From: a virus
Lineage: Duplodnaviria; Caudoviricetes
Length of the DNA: 64,000 nucleotides
IMG/VR virus record: IMGVR_UViG_3300029705_000009
Direction: 5' to 3' (one strand)
Part shown: positions 62,822 to 64,000 of the stretch, piece by piece
How positions within the stretch are numbered: position 1 is the first letter of the stretch
Layout: each line of letters opens with the position of its first letter
Program-made: the position numbers and the translations under genes
Notes under the pieces: model-generated
Told to the model about the DNA's origin: nothing
Databases searched by the model: none
What the model saw: only the letters and a program-made list of their open reading frames with translations

Positions 62822-64000
62822 TTAATCTCCTATCATTTTCAAAAAGTCCTGCTCAGATATGATTTTAACACCTAGGCCTTTTGCCTTAGAATTTTTTGAT
62901 GAATTACTATTAACATCGTTATTCACCAGGTATGAAGTTTTAGCACTTACAGATCCACTTACCTTACCTCCAAGGTTCAAAATCTTTTCTGTAAGTTCTT
63001 CTCGATTCTTAAAATGTTCCAAAGAACCTGTAATAACAAATGTTTTCCCAGCCAATATACTCGTTTGCATATTATTTTGCTTACTTATTCCGGTTTCAAA
63101 ATTAAATTCCCTTTTCAGTTCCAAGAACTCAATCCAATGAGCATCACGCCAACTTATTAACGACTTGTACATTGTTTCACCAAACCCCTCAATTTCTAAA
63201 AACTTTCTTGCAGCTCCGAAAGATATGATTTGACAGAATGTATCAATATTTCCCTTACAAAGTTTAGAAATATCCTTACTTGCTGTTCTTCCAATTAATG
63301 GAATGCTCTGGGCATACAAGAATCTCTCAAGATTAGTATTTTTACTCTTAGCAATGTTCTCAAGCAACTTTAATACGCTCTTCTCTCCGAAGCCAGGTTC
63401 CTTTGTCCATTCGTTTTTATATATATCTAAACTGTAAATATCCTTTAATGATTTAATCCAACCTTTTGATAATAAAAATTCTAATGTTGCAGATGACATA
63501 TCCTCAATATTCAAGGCCTGCTTGCTACAAGCGTGTTCTAACTTAGATAACAGCTTAGCTTGGCAATCAGGATTAATACAATGAAGTGTTTTGCTTCCGT
63601 TTTCGTTGTGGATTTCTGTTGGCTCACCACAGCAAGGACATTTATCTGGATATGTCCAGGTATTACTTCTGGTTAAATTGTCATGAACCTTGGGAATTAC
63701 CATATTGGCACGGTACACAGAAATAGTATCGCCAATACCCAATTCTAAATTTTCAATATAAGAAATATTATGTAACGTTGCTTTGGTTGTTAATGCTCCA
63801 TCCAAATCAACCGGCTCAAATATCGCTACTGGATTAATTAACCCAGTTCGAGTAGTATTCCACTCAATGTTTGTAAGAACAGTTTCGCTTGTATCGTCTT
63901 TCCATTTCCTCGCCAACATATTAAGAGGATGATGCTCCGTACTACCAAGAGATTTTCCATATTCATAGGAATTATATTTATATATAGTTCCATCCACAGG
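62822..64000 (-). CDS. ligA: NAD-dependent DNA ligase (5' part outside the window)
   Basis: RTGLINPVA, ATLHN, RANMVIP, C4 zinc finger, HhH (GFGEKS), BRCT domain (GKTFVITGSL...SVSAKT.YLV). Confidence 0.93.
   Translation of the reverse strand, partial: PVDGTIYKYNSYEYGKSLGSTEHHPLNMLARKWKDDTSETVLTNIEWNTTRTGLINPVAIFEPVDLDGALTTKATLHNISYIENLELGIGDTISVYRANMVIPKVHDNLTRSNTWTYPDKCPCCGEPTEIHNENGSKTLHCINPDCQAKLLSKLEHACSKQALNIEDMSSATLEFLLSKGWIKSLKDIYSLDIYKNEWTKEPGFGEKSVLKLLENIAKSKNTNLERFLYAQSIPLIGRTASKDISKLCKGNIDTFCQIISFGAARKFLEIEGFGETMYKSLISWRDAHWIEFLELKREFNFETGISKQNNMQTSILAGKTFVITGSLEHFKNREELTEKILNLGGKVSGSVSAKTSYLVNNDVNSNSSKNSKAKGLGVKIISEQDFLKMIGD

Noticed and set aside
552-63140. Plus-strand ORFs in the six-frame track
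   Set aside because: Nearly all are antisense shadows of minus-strand genes or RNAs, with no recognisable motifs
1-64000. Stop-codon reassignment, suggested by the UUA tRNA-like element
   Set aside because: Conserved genes are full length in the standard code, and TAA, TAG and TGA are all used as stops

Overview
A 64 kb segment of a large, AT-rich bacteriophage, with a probable Firmicutes (Clostridia/Lachnospiraceae-like) host. Essentially all real genes are on the minus strand, and there are no virion structural genes. It contains: (1) two blocks of small accessory ORFs (about 1-11.7 kb and 57-62.8 kb) joined by repeated junction motifs; (2) nucleotide metabolism genes (dut, folD, nrdG, nrdD interrupted by a 289-nt group I intron, gmk, thyX-like, deoxyribosyltransferase); (3) RNA-repair-type enzymes (Pnk-HD, RlaP-like nucleotidyltransferase, RNA ligase); (4) two NAD+ salvage routes (pncA-pncB-adenylyltransferase-nadE and pnuC-nadR), enclosing a radical SAM/SPASM gene and six tandem proteins that share the N-terminus MKxRxD(F/Y)VTNSSSSS; (5) a C5 DNA methyltransferase and a replisome (dnaE, primase-helicase, ssb, Sak4-like ATPase, nucleases, NAD-dependent ligase); (6) an ABC transporter/PspA/OmpA operon; (7) a ~4 kb ncRNA island. 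The island is the most striking feature. A DUF2828/vWA gene (Ro60/TROVE-like by inference) is flanked by about a dozen small RNAs that share a helix + NNRCWGCAA module. Some are free-standing and carry anticodon stem-loop mimics. Three are tRNA genes (Pro, Asn, Tyr) that each carry an exactly 44-nt insertion placeable at position 29/30. All family assignments come from motif recognition by eye; no database searches were run.
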